Source of the DNA: a virus
Taxonomy: Duplodnaviria > Caudoviricetes
Reading direction: 5' to 3' (one strand)
DNA: 39,421 bases
Virus record (IMG/VR): IMGVR_UViG_3300045740_000083
Coordinates: 1-39,421 of that record
Within the stretch, counting starts at the first letter, position 1. Each line of letters begins with the position of its first letter. Under the pieces are notes generated by a model. The model had not been told where the DNA came from and made no database searches. It saw only the letters and a program-made list of their open reading frames with translations. The position numbers and the translations under genes were made by a program. This document shows positions 1 through 8,628 of the stretch, piece by piece.

Positions 1-653
1 ACGCAGAAAAGCACATGGCATATTGTGCTCGCGTAAGTAACCCTGCCAATCAGGAGAATGAAAAGTTCTCTGGACTACTCAAGTATTGTATTCAGCATCA
101 GCACTGGAGCATCTTTGAGCAAGCATCAATGACTGTAGAGATCAATACGACTCGTGGTATTGCAGCACAAATTTTGCGCCATAGGTCCTTCACATATCAA
201 GAATTTTCGCAACGATATGCTGATACTAATCTTCTGAATAAGACAATTCCTCTTCCTGAACTTCGTCGTCAGGACACTAAGAATCGTCAGAACAGTATTG
301 ATGATATTCCTGACTATTTAAAACTGACTCTGACAGAAGATATCCGAGTTCATTTTGAGAATGCTCTGCGACTCTACAATCGTCTTCTTGATAAAGGTGT
401 GGCAAAGGAGTGTGCAAGGTTTGTACTGCCCTTGGCGACCCCCACAAGACTCTATATGACCGGTTCTGTAAGGTCGTGGATCCATTATATCGATCTGCGA
501 TCTGCTCATGGTACACAGAAGGAACACATGGAGATTGCAGAACTCGTTCGTTGTATCTTCACTTGCCAGTTCCCTGCTGTATCTGAAGCACTTGGTTGGA
601 CTCGTGAGGGATGCTCTGAATGTGTTGATGCCCCATCTATTACTATCGAATAA
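1..653 (+). CDS. thyX: Flavin-dependent thymidylate synthase ThyX (5' truncated by the window edge)
   Basis: ThyX motif RHRSFTYQEFSQRY, plus HWSIFEQ, KECARFVLP and SAHGTQKEH. The frame is open back to position 3 (AEKH-MAYCARVSNP), so the true start lies upstream of the window. Confidence 0.95.
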   Translation, partial: AEKHMAYCARVSNPANQENEKFSGLLKYCIQHQHWSIFEQASMTVEINTTRGIAAQILRHRSFTYQEFSQRYADTNLLNKTIPLPELRRQDTKNRQNSIDDIPDYLKLTLTEDIRVHFENALRLYNRLLDKGVAKECARFVLPLATPTRLYMTGSVRSWIHYIDLRSAHGTQKEHMEIAELVRCIFTCQFPAVSEALGWTREGCSECVDAPSITIE

Positions 654-657
654 ATAT
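648..657 (+). promoter_or_regulatory. Probable T4-like late promoter (AATAAATA)
   Basis: AATAAATA overlaps the thyX stop, about 22 nt before the ATG at 679. Confidence 0.5.
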
Positions 658-678
658 CCCTATACATTATTTTAAATC

Positions 679-927
679 ATGCCAGTATATCCAGTTAAAA
701 ATTTAAAGACAGGTGATACACAAGAACTTGTTATGTCAGTTGCTGATTATGAACAATGGAGAAAGGATAACCCAGATTGGGACAAAGACTGGTCTCAAGG
801 ATGTGCTGGAGTTGGTGAGGTGGGTGAGTGGCAAGAAAAACTTGTCAAGAAAAATCCAGGGTGGAATGAAGTCCTTCGTAAGGCTTCAAAAATGCCTGGA
901 GCAACTGTAAAACCTTTTAAAATTTAA
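679..927 (+). CDS. Conserved cyanophage hypothetical protein
   Basis: 82-aa ORF (MPVYPVKNLKTG...PDWDKDW...GWNEVL) between thyX and phoH, a position typical of cyanomyoviruses. Confidence 0.75.
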   Translation: MPVYPVKNLKTGDTQELVMSVADYEQWRKDNPDWDKDWSQGCAGVGEVGEWQEKLVKKNPGWNEVLRKASKMPGATVKPFKI

Positions 928-930
928 TAT

Positions 931-1680
931 ATGGCACGTAAAAGAGCACCGAATCCTGTACCATTTGGAATGAGCAACAGACAAATGAAACGCAAGAAGC
1001 CAATCAATCTTGATATAATGAAGACGATTGAGCCCTTGACAGATAATCAGGAGGCATTATTTAAACAATATAAACTTGAACAAAATGTTGTGGCTTACGG
1101 TGCTGCTGGTACTGGTAAGACTTTCATTACACTGTATAATGCTCTGCGTGATGTTCTTGACGAGAAGACTCCTTATGAAAAGATCTATCTCGTTCGTTCT
1201 CTGGTAGCAACACGAGAGATTGGATTCCTGCCTGGAGATCACGAAGATAAGTCAAGTCTTTATCAGATTCCTTATAAGAACATGGTTAAATACATGTTCG
1301 AAATGCCAGACGATTCTGCTTTCGAAATGCTCTATGGGAACCTCAAAACTCAAGGAACGATTAGTTTTTGGAGCACTTCTTTTATTCGGGGAACTACTCT
1401 GGATAATGCTATCATTATCGTAGACGAATTCCAGAACTTGAACTTCCACGAACTTGATTCAATCATCACTCGTGTTGGTGAGAACTCTAAGATCATGTTC
1501 TGTGGTGACGCAACTCAATCAGACCTTGTAAAGACTAACGAACGTAATGGTATCGTTGACTTCATGCGTATTCTGAGAGTCATGCCTTCGATGTCCATGA
1601 TCGAGTTTGGTGTAGAAGATATCGTTCGTTCTGGTCTGTGTAAAGAATATCTTGTTGCTAAAATGGAATTGAATCTCTGA
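931..1680 (+). CDS. phoH: PhoH-family ATPase
   Basis: Walker A GAAGTGKT, IGFLPG, IRGTTL, IIVDEFQN, GDATQSD and DIVRSG motifs. Confidence 0.96.
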   Translation: MARKRAPNPVPFGMSNRQMKRKKPINLDIMKTIEPLTDNQEALFKQYKLEQNVVAYGAAGTGKTFITLYNALRDVLDEKTPYEKIYLVRSLVATREIGFLPGDHEDKSSLYQIPYKNMVKYMFEMPDDSAFEMLYGNLKTQGTISFWSTSFIRGTTLDNAIIIVDEFQNLNFHELDSIITRVGENSKIMFCGDATQSDLVKTNERNGIVDFMRILRVMPSMSMIEFGVEDIVRSGLCKEYLVAKMELNL

Positions 1681-2354
1681 TGTTTAATCATGTTGAATTG
1701 AATCTTCCTTCTCTTGAGAGGGAAATGATTGATGGAGTTCGTTATTATAAAGTAGGTGATAGTGATGAACTGCAAAAGTTCGTTTCTATCACCTCTGTCA
1801 TCAGTCACTTTAATAAAGAAAAGTTTGCTGCTTGGCGTGAGAGAGTTGGAAATGAGGAAGCAGATAAGATCACTCGTAAGGCAACGAGTCGTGGTACTGA
1901 TGCTCACACTTTAATTGAGCATCATCTAAAAAACTTAGATCTTCCAACTGTTCAACCAATCTCAGAGCACTTGTTTAAAATTGCAAAACCTGCTCTTAAT
2001 CGTATAAATAACATTTATGCTCTTGAAGGTTCTCTTTATAGTCAATACTTAGGTGTTGCTGGCACTGTAGATTGTATTGCTGAATTTGATGGGGAACTAT
2101 CAATCATCGATTTTAAAACTTCCAAACAACCAAAACCACGAGAGTGGATTGACGGATACTTTGTTCAGTGCTGTGCATACGCTTGTATGCTTCATGAACT
2201 CACTGGATTATCTGTGAAGAAGTTCGTGATTATCATGACTTGTGAGAACGGAGAAGTAGAAGTCTACGAAGAATACGACAAAACAAAATACATCAGATTG
2301 CTCACACAATACATCAAGAAATTTGTGAACGATAAACTCGGACAGGTTTCTTGA
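1680..2354 (+). CDS. PD-(D/E)XK exonuclease
   Basis: SITSVI, ATSRGT..H, AGTVDC, IIDFKTS and Q..AY motifs. Follows phoH with a TGATG overlap. Confidence 0.88.
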   Translation: MFNHVELNLPSLEREMIDGVRYYKVGDSDELQKFVSITSVISHFNKEKFAAWRERVGNEEADKITRKATSRGTDAHTLIEHHLKNLDLPTVQPISEHLFKIAKPALNRINNIYALEGSLYSQYLGVAGTVDCIAEFDGELSIIDFKTSKQPKPREWIDGYFVQCCAYACMLHELTGLSVKKFVIIMTCENGEVEVYEEYDKTKYIRLLTQYIKKFVNDKLGQVS

Positions 2355-2378
2355 CTTTATACTCTTATGTGTTAGAAT
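2351..2378 (+). promoter_or_regulatory. sigma70-like early promoter upstream of gp33
   Basis: TTGACT(2351-2356)-16 nt-TAGAAT(2373-2378), with an extended -10 TG. Confidence 0.6.
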
Positions 2379-2424
2379 GAATAAAAGTTGAGGAAAAAGA
2401 TTGTACATCACTGTGTTAGGTCAA

Positions 2425-2682
2425 ATGGAGAATGAATTAGAAAAAGTATTAGAGAGTAAGTTTTTCTGCCCTTCTCGATTTGCCCAAGAGATCGAGAATC
2501 TCGTCCAACATAATGAAGATATGAACTACATCGATGCTATCATTCACTTCTGTGAAAAGAATAGCATCGATGTTGAGTCTGTTCCGAAACTTATTTCTAA
2601 ACCACTCAAGGAAAAGATTAAGTATGAAGCTATGGAGTTGAACTTCCTGAAGAAAACTTCCCGAGCAAGATTGGTGTTTTAA
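2425..2682 (+). CDS. gp33: Late transcription coactivator gp33
   Basis: F...IE......NYIDAIIHFCEKNSID.E...KLI...LKEKI..EA.ELNFL pattern and position before gp59. ATG 2425 is preferred over TTG 2401. Confidence 0.88.
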   Translation: MENELEKVLESKFFCPSRFAQEIENLVQHNEDMNYIDAIIHFCEKNSIDVESVPKLISKPLKEKIKYEAMELNFLKKTSRARLVF

Positions 2683-2737
2683 TTTCATTTTGATGGGAAA
2701 AATTTCCCGGCAAAAAAATCCTATATTACTTTTTTGA
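2683..2737 (+). repeat. Intergenic element, copy 1 (copy 2 at 19392-19449)
   Basis: CATTTT..GGGAAAAATTTCCCGGCAAAA..ATTACTTTTT..ATG is shared with 19392-19449. Confidence 0.7.
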
Positions 2738-3328
2738 ATGGTGCCTTTCGATACTTATAAGACTTACCTTGCCCTGAAGAATCACTTTACGAAAGATTCT
2801 TACGATTATCACAAGTATCAAGGTAAAAGTCGTGCATCTCTTCAGTCCTTTTATAAGAGGAAGGATCGTTATTGGTTTGAGAAACTATCACGACAGAAAG
2901 AAGATAAAGAAGTGATAGATTTCTTTGTAGCAAACTTTGTAAGTTGTACTGATCCTCAGACTGTATGGATTGGAGAGATGATTAAAGAGGGAGAATCACG
3001 ATATAAGTCCTGGCAAAAAAGAATACAATCTCTATCCTATTTGTTTAAGGAAGAGTCGCAACAACTATTTCAAAATAAATTTGAAGAAGTCTTTGACTGT
3101 TCAAAGGGACATCCACCCCTTTTAAAGATGTTCCTGATCGGGAAAATTAGTATAGAAACACTGGTAATATACGATAAAATATTCCTGTTTGGGAAAAATT
3201 TTGATAAGAAACTAAAAGATCCTGTGTGGGAAACCGTCAGTTTAAAAATGAAAAAGTATTCTCCGTTCCTACATATAGATGTATTCCATTATAAAAAGAT
3301 ACTCAAGCAGATTGTTGGAGGAACATGA
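2738..3328 (+). CDS. gp59: Helicase loader gp59
   Basis: YKTYLALKNHF...YDYHKY.GK......F.KRKDRY.FEKLS, ISIETL and KKYSPF motifs. Lies in the gp33-gp59-gp32 order. Confidence 0.92.
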   Translation: MVPFDTYKTYLALKNHFTKDSYDYHKYQGKSRASLQSFYKRKDRYWFEKLSRQKEDKEVIDFFVANFVSCTDPQTVWIGEMIKEGESRYKSWQKRIQSLSYLFKEESQQLFQNKFEEVFDCSKGHPPLLKMFLIGKISIETLVIYDKIFLFGKNFDKKLKDPVWETVSLKMKKYSPFLHIDVFHYKKILKQIVGGT

Positions 3329-3669
3329 GTTTTTTTGATTCGGATCTTGTTCGTGCAGAGATGGCTGAAATCTCAGCATTACAAGAAGATGTATACAGAA
3401 ATGTATTTGAATTTCCTCGTATGAACAAAGAGGAAAAGTTGTTTCATGTTGCTCTCCTTGAAAAACTGTTGAACAAACAACAGATTCTTTATACTCGTTT
3501 GAAACTTTCTGATGATCCTGAGGCAATCAAGATGAAGGAAAGGATCAAAGAGTCTGCTCAGATGATGGGTCTTCCACCTAATGTTGATATGAATGTTATC
3601 TTTAACAACATGTCACAACTGCTGGAGACCATGAAGGAACGTATTGACAAGACAGGTTCCGACCTGTAG
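3325..3669 (+). CDS. Conserved cyanophage/cyanobacterial protein (DUF1825-like)
   Basis: MSFFDSDLVRAE...YTRLKLSDDPEA pattern, between gp59 and gp32. Confidence 0.7.
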   Translation: MSFFDSDLVRAEMAEISALQEDVYRNVFEFPRMNKEEKLFHVALLEKLLNKQQILYTRLKLSDDPEAIKMKERIKESAQMMGLPPNVDMNVIFNNMSQLLETMKERIDKTGSDL

Positions 3670-3672
3670 ACT
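3644..3672 (+). promoter_or_regulatory. sigma70-like early promoter for gp32
   Basis: TTGACA(3644-3649)-17 nt-TAGACT(3667-3672). Confidence 0.7.
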
Positions 3673-3717
3673 GATGGGGTACACAAAGGCCAAATCCAAA
3701 CAATCCGAGGTATACAA

Positions 3718-4653
3718 ATGTCTTTTGAAAATCTGAAAAAGCAATCCAAACTGGGTTCTCTCACTGAGAAACTGGTGAAGGAAGTAGAGAAAATGAACAC
3801 CGGTTCTGGTGGTGCTGATGAACGTTTCTGGAAACCAGAAATGGATAAGACTGGTGTTGGTTCTGCAATCATCCGTTTCCTTCCTGCACCTGAAGGTGAA
3901 GAACTTCCATGGGTAAAGATGTACTCACATGCCTTCCAAGGTAACGGTGGTTGGTACATCGAGAACTCTCTGACTACAATCGGTCAGAAGGATCCTGTGT
4001 CTGAGTACAACCGTGAACTGTGGAACAGTGGTAGTGAGAAAGATAAAGAAACTGTTCGTAAGCAGAAACGCAAACTGTCTTACTACAGCAACATCTATGT
4101 GGTAAAAGATCCTGCTCATCCTGAGAACGAAGGTAAAGTCTTCCTGTTCAAGTTCGGCAAGAAGATCTTTGATAAGATCTTGAATGCTATGCAACCTGAG
4201 TTTGAAGATGAAGAACCCATCAATCCCTTTGACTTCTGGGGTGGTGCTAACTTCCGTCTGAAGATTCGTAAGGTTGAAGGTTACTGGAACTACGACAAGT
4301 CCGAGTTTGATTCTCCTTCAGCACTGCTGGATGATGATGATGCTCTGGAAGCACTGTGGAAGAAAGAGTATTCTCTCTCTGCAATTGTTGCTCCCGATCA
4401 GTTCAAGTCTTATGAGGATCTTGAGAAGCGTCTGAAGTATGTTCTGGGTCAGAAGTCTGCTCGTGCTGCTGTTCAAGAACAGGAAGATGAGTATGAATCT
4501 TACACTCAAACTCCTTCTAAGGAAGAGAGTGTGATCGCAGAACTCGAGCAATCTTTTGCTCGCAGTAAGTCTCCTTCACTTCCTAAGATCGAGACTGTCG
4601 ATGAGGATGAAGATGATGCTCTGAGTTACTTCCAACGACTGGCAGAAGACTGA
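3718..4653 (+). CDS. gp32: Single-stranded DNA-binding protein gp32
   Basis: DERFWK, IRFLPAP, GGWYIENSLTT, FKFGKKIFDKI, GANFRLKIRKVEGYWNYDKSEF motifs and an acidic C-terminal tail. Confidence 0.96.
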   Translation: MSFENLKKQSKLGSLTEKLVKEVEKMNTGSGGADERFWKPEMDKTGVGSAIIRFLPAPEGEELPWVKMYSHAFQGNGGWYIENSLTTIGQKDPVSEYNRELWNSGSEKDKETVRKQKRKLSYYSNIYVVKDPAHPENEGKVFLFKFGKKIFDKILNAMQPEFEDEEPINPFDFWGGANFRLKIRKVEGYWNYDKSEFDSPSALLDDDDALEALWKKEYSLSAIVAPDQFKSYEDLEKRLKYVLGQKSARAAVQEQEDEYESYTQTPSKEESVIAELEQSFARSKSPSLPKIETVDEDEDDALSYFQRLAED

Positions 4654-5676
4654 TTACTCAAACAGTCTAATATTATCTCCTCTCTTTAAGGTAGCATTCA
4701 CATACTGAGTGCTACCTTTTTTATATGGCATAAAGGTATCAAGATCATTAAAGACTACATTCAGATATCTTGGTTTAAGAGCAAAGATATTTCTTTTGTT
4801 TTCTTCAATCTGCAATTCATATTCATGATTAGTGATTGTTCTAACAAATGAATCTGATGGAACCTGAACAGAGTATCCTAATGCTTCATCCCAGTATTCA
4901 TAGTAATAAGAGTTTGCTGTGATTGATGAAGTTTCTGGAACTGTAAACAGAACTTGTTCTTTTCTTGGATCAGATAATATAGGTGAGGCAACATTTGGAA
5001 CAGAAGGTAACTCGTATCTAAATCCAGTTACATTTGCTCCACTCTGAGCAAGAACTTCTGTTACTGTGAATCTTCCGTTGTATTCATTTTCAACCACATT
5101 ATTGATAGCAATTTGATCTCCAACTTCCAAATCTGGAATCGAGTTTACCATGTAAACTGTAACTGTTGTCGATGGATTGATAGAATCTCCAGAAGAGATT
5201 ACAGCAATCTGAGCATTTACCATCTCAAGAAAGTTACCATTTGTCTTCCAAGTTGGTGAGATTCTGAGACCTGCTTCAATAATTGTTTTACCTGAGAAGT
5301 TTTTAACCTCTCTAGTTTCATAATGATGAATACCAGCATATAAGTTTTCGTATGAACCATATCTCTCAAGCATTACCTGATCAAAGGTTGCTTGAGTCAT
5401 CGGCCATTCATCTTGAATGTTCAGAATGTTATTGGAAAGAAGAACTACCCAATCAAGTGTTGAATCTTCATAGAGTTTGAATGCAACATTATCGGGTCTT
5501 TCATCTCCGACGATCTTATACTTAGTGAAGAAGTTAAGATTTCCAAAGATATCTTCTCTTAACTTTCCTCTCTTGAAAAGATTTTTGACAGCAACATAGT
5601 CTGAGATACTATCAGCATTTGGTTCTCTGCTGACATATTCAAAGTTAGGAACTTGTCTGAAATAAGGTTTTGCCAT
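4654..5676 (-). CDS. gp53: Baseplate wedge subunit gp53, with an internal extra domain
   Basis: PYFRQVPNFEY, GDERPDNVAFKLY....LDWVVLLSNNI...WP, IHHYET and YE...EENKRNI..LKPRY motifs. Confidence 0.88.
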   Translation of the reverse strand: MAKPYFRQVPNFEYVSREPNADSISDYVAVKNLFKRGKLREDIFGNLNFFTKYKIVGDERPDNVAFKLYEDSTLDWVVLLSNNILNIQDEWPMTQATFDQVMLERYGSYENLYAGIHHYETREVKNFSGKTIIEAGLRISPTWKTNGNFLEMVNAQIAVISSGDSINPSTTVTVYMVNSIPDLEVGDQIAINNVVENEYNGRFTVTEVLAQSGANVTGFRYELPSVPNVASPILSDPRKEQVLFTVPETSSITANSYYYEYWDEALGYSVQVPSDSFVRTITNHEYELQIEENKRNIFALKPRYLNVVFNDLDTFMPYKKGSTQYVNATLKRGDNIRLFE

Positions 5677-5678
5677 TT

Positions 5679-6899
5679 TTAGTAACCCATATCGTCGGAG
5701 TTATCGTAGTTGCTGGAGTATATTGGAGTGAGCTCAGAGAACTGCATCGTCACACCATATGAAGTCATAGACCCATCTCTATAGGTCATATAACTTCCGT
5801 CAGGAGTATACTCTACGTTAAAATTTGTCAGGGCACATTTTTTAATTTTATTTAAGAAAGGATGTTGTCCACCACCAGAGTATATGTATTTTAATTCAAA
5901 TATATTTGGTGTTTCTAAGAACAGTCCAGAACTACTTCTTTGAACTGCCATATTTTTCTTGAAGTGTCTTATAATTGTTCTTATTACTTTTGCCTCAGCA
6001 TCATCTCTTGGAGTAAACGTATAGTTATAATTGAATGTTCTGAGTTGTGGTCCTCTGAAAAGTAGTTCTAAGTTTGGATTTATAACTTTACCAGTAGCAC
6101 GAGTAAAGATATTTGCCCCTACTGCTTGTCCCGCAAAGTATGCTTTAATGTCATTTTCTGATATTTCATTAAGAGCTCCACCTACAGCACCTTTTAATAC
6201 GTTTAATGCAGCAGTACCAGCAGCTGCAGGATCTAAATTTGATAGACCAGACATTAATCCTTCGGCAACTCTAGCACCAGCTAGTTGAAGAGGATTTAAT
6301 TGATCAGCACCCCAATCAACAGAATTGCTATCAGAAATACCTGGATGCATAGGGAGAGCAATTACGGGAGCATTTACTGGTTCAACAGCAACGTCATCTA
6401 CATCACCTAAATCAAATCCAGTCCCACCAAAAAGATTTTCTGTAGGTTTTCTTTTATAAGTAGTAATCTGTAAGAAATCATAACCACCAGTATTGTTTGC
6501 AGGATATCTTAATGTAACACTAGTTGGTGTATTTGGTTGATTATTAGTAGTAGTATTAGTTGCTAAAACTCCACCACTAAATGGCAGATTCTCATCTCCA
6601 CCGGCAACATTAGGATTTTCTGTGCCAATAGATTGATCTATTGCTCCCCAGTAAGTTGAATCATTTGCCAGTGAACCCATCCAACTATCAGGTGCTGCCA
6701 ACTGCTCATAATTTCCTTTACCAAAAACATTCACATAGTTAATTGATCCATCACCGTTCAGATTACCTGAAGACGTTGCTGCATCAACCACTGATTGTGG
6801 AGCAGGAGTTACTGAAAGTCTTTTTACAGTAGATACCTCCTCACCAACTTCAGTCTGAAAATAGTCTCCACCTAATGTGAACGGTTTACTAGATGCCAT
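5679..6899 (-). CDS. gp48: Baseplate tail-tube cap gp48
   Basis: LRYP, NPNLELLFRGPQLRTFNY.Y.F.PR...EA..I..IIR.FK, CALTNFNVEYTPDG and MQFSELTPI motifs. Confidence 0.88.
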   Translation of the reverse strand: MASSKPFTLGGDYFQTEVGEEVSTVKRLSVTPAPQSVVDAATSSGNLNGDGSINYVNVFGKGNYEQLAAPDSWMGSLANDSTYWGAIDQSIGTENPNVAGGDENLPFSGGVLATNTTTNNQPNTPTSVTLRYPANNTGGYDFLQITTYKRKPTENLFGGTGFDLGDVDDVAVEPVNAPVIALPMHPGISDSNSVDWGADQLNPLQLAGARVAEGLMSGLSNLDPAAAGTAALNVLKGAVGGALNEISENDIKAYFAGQAVGANIFTRATGKVINPNLELLFRGPQLRTFNYNYTFTPRDDAEAKVIRTIIRHFKKNMAVQRSSSGLFLETPNIFELKYIYSGGGQHPFLNKIKKCALTNFNVEYTPDGSYMTYRDGSMTSYGVTMQFSELTPIYSSNYDNSDDMGY

Positions 6900-6914
6900 T
6901 AGACACTTTTTTAG

Positions 6915-7295
6915 TTATTTAGTTCTGATTTTCCCATAAGGTAATGAACGAAGATAATCAATCTCATTTGACTTCACCAAATGAAGTGCTCCTGCGACTT
7001 CTTGCCAGGTATAGTTCCTCATCATTCTCCAGTGATAGTTAAATCCTCTAAATCCCCATCGTTGTACTTCAGTCACAGCAACTAATGGGTGTTCATCATA
7101 AGTAATCTCTGGAGTTTTAGGTATGTATATAAAGGTATAATAGTTACCAGGATCAGGAACGTATTCTATTTCTCTGAATACTTCCATGATGCTCATCATA
7201 ATCAAGTCGGCATCTTCAGAACCATCTAACTTTCTTTTGAGTTGAGATATTCTTGGTGATTGTCTCTGAACTTCTTGTCCGAAACCTTTTGCCAT
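6915..7295 (-). CDS. DNA end-protector (gp2)-like protein
   Basis: PG.YYTFIY.PKT....YDEHPLV.......GFRGFNYHW resembles the gp2 core. Adjacent to gp4. Confidence 0.65.
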   Translation of the reverse strand: MAKGFGQEVQRQSPRISQLKRKLDGSEDADLIMMSIMEVFREIEYVPDPGNYYTFIYIPKTPEITYDEHPLVAVTEVQRWGFRGFNYHWRMMRNYTWQEVAGALHLVKSNEIDYLRSLPYGKIRTK

Positions 7296-7741
7296 TAACC
7301 GATACCTAATTCGTTTTCTGTGATGATACGAAACTCAAGCATTCTATCCTTACACCATTCTTGTGCTGCTCTCCACTTTGCTTCATTCACAGCATAAGTT
7401 TTTACTTCGTTAATATAAGTTCTTGTTCTTTTCTTACTTGTTTGAACGGGAGGCATCGTTTGTCTTTTGGGTTTAATCTCAATCACATACTTTTTAATCT
7501 CACCAGATTGCTCACGAACCTTAATAATAAAGTCTGGAAAGTATCTTCTGATTCTGCTGGTGGTAGGATCATAGTATGGAATAAAGAACTCTTCACTTCC
7601 CCATTCTAAGATGTTTTCGTTTAAGTCACACCACCGACAGAAACGGCGTTCCCAACTGCTACGACAGATAATATTATTGGGATCACCTTTATACTTTTTT
7701 GGATACTCAGGTCTATAACGACTCTTGATGCTTTCTGCCAT
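7295..7741 (-). CDS. gp4: Head completion nuclease gp4 (TnsA-like fold)
   Basis: KKYKGDP.NII.RSSWE, WGSEE..IPY, RYFPDF, IEIKPK.QT and VNEAKW.AA motifs. Start moved to ATG 7741. Confidence 0.92.
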   Translation of the reverse strand: MAESIKSRYRPEYPKKYKGDPNNIICRSSWERRFCRWCDLNENILEWGSEEFFIPYYDPTTSRIRRYFPDFIIKVREQSGEIKKYVIEIKPKRQTMPPVQTSKKRTRTYINEVKTYAVNEAKWRAAQEWCKDRMLEFRIITENELGIG

Positions 7742-7772
7742 TATACATAATATATCGGTAAAAGTATTTATA
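7742..7772. promoter_or_regulatory. Crossed late promoters in the divergent gp4/gp54-like spacer
   Basis: TATAAATA on the minus strand at 7765-7772 and TATACATA on the plus strand at 7742-7749. Confidence 0.6.
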
Positions 7773-7773
7773 G

Positions 7774-8595
7774 ATGGCAGGTATCCGCCCAGAAAGACTA
7801 AGAACAAGTGATATCAAATCGAGGTTTTTAAATCTTGCTCAGACCTCTTTATATCGTTTGACACTTCCAGTTCCCTCTGAGGTTTCTTCTTTTATTAGTC
7901 AGAGGGGCGTGTATCCGATTGATGTAAATGAAATATCTTTGCTGTGTTGTGAAGCAAATCTTCCAGGTTCTACATTAGCAACTCATGATGTTACGAATGA
8001 CTATCATGGTGTAAGTGAGAAGATGGTCTATCGTAGACTCTATGATGAGAATGCTGATATGACTTTTTATGTTGATAGAGATTATAAAGTAATAGAGTTC
8101 TTTGAAAGTTGGATTGATTTTATTACAGGTGTAGGTGATACTTTTACAAGACAACAATTTGAAAATCCATATGTTCATCACAGAATGGCATATGCTAATC
8201 AATATAAAACCAACTTTTATCTTACCAAGTTCGAAAGAGATCATCACTTTAATGGTTCTACAAGAACTTTAGATTACACTTTTGTCTATGGATTCCCAAT
8301 CAGCATTACATCGATGCCTGTGTCCTATGATGAAAGTCAAATCTTAAAGTGTAATGTATCATTCTCCTTTATTAGATACACTGTAAGTAGAGGACTTGAT
8401 CCAAGTGAAAGAATTCCTCTACCAGCCCCAATAACTCCACCAGGAGTTCCTCAACCACCAACAGAAAATAATACACCAGTGCGCATTCCAGTAATACCAT
8501 ATACACCTGTTATAAAAGATATAAATGGTCAACCATTCCCTCTTGGTGAAGGTATACCTGGATTGACTGGTGTATTGAATCCTGGAGTTGCATAA
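7774..8595 (+). CDS. Tail tube / tube-initiator (gp19/gp54-like) protein
   Basis: LLCCEANLPG.TLAT, RLY....MTFYVD..Y....FFESW..FI and FPISI.SMPVSY......KCNVSF.F are tube-fold motifs. Pro-rich C-terminal extension. Confidence 0.7.
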   Translation: MAGIRPERLRTSDIKSRFLNLAQTSLYRLTLPVPSEVSSFISQRGVYPIDVNEISLLCCEANLPGSTLATHDVTNDYHGVSEKMVYRRLYDENADMTFYVDRDYKVIEFFESWIDFITGVGDTFTRQQFENPYVHHRMAYANQYKTNFYLTKFERDHHFNGSTRTLDYTFVYGFPISITSMPVSYDESQILKCNVSFSFIRYTVSRGLDPSERIPLPAPITPPGVPQPPTENNTPVRIPVIPYTPVIKDINGQPFPLGEGIPGLTGVLNPGVA

Positions 8596-8601
8596 TAAAT
8601 A
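8594..8601 (+). promoter_or_regulatory. Late promoter (AATAAATA) upstream of gp26
   Basis: AATAAATA 27 nt before the ATG at 8629. Confidence 0.55.
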
Positions 8602-8628
8602 TCATTACTGAAACTTCTATAGGTCATT

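Noticed and set aside
1680-2354. Cas4/CRISPR association of the exonuclease
   Set aside because: There is no clear four-Cys Fe-S arrangement, and no cas genes or array. It is the usual phoH-linked phage nuclease.
7295-7741. TnsA-like transposase / mobile element
   Set aside because: Motifs and gene order identify it as head completion protein gp4. There are no other transposon genes or terminal repeats.
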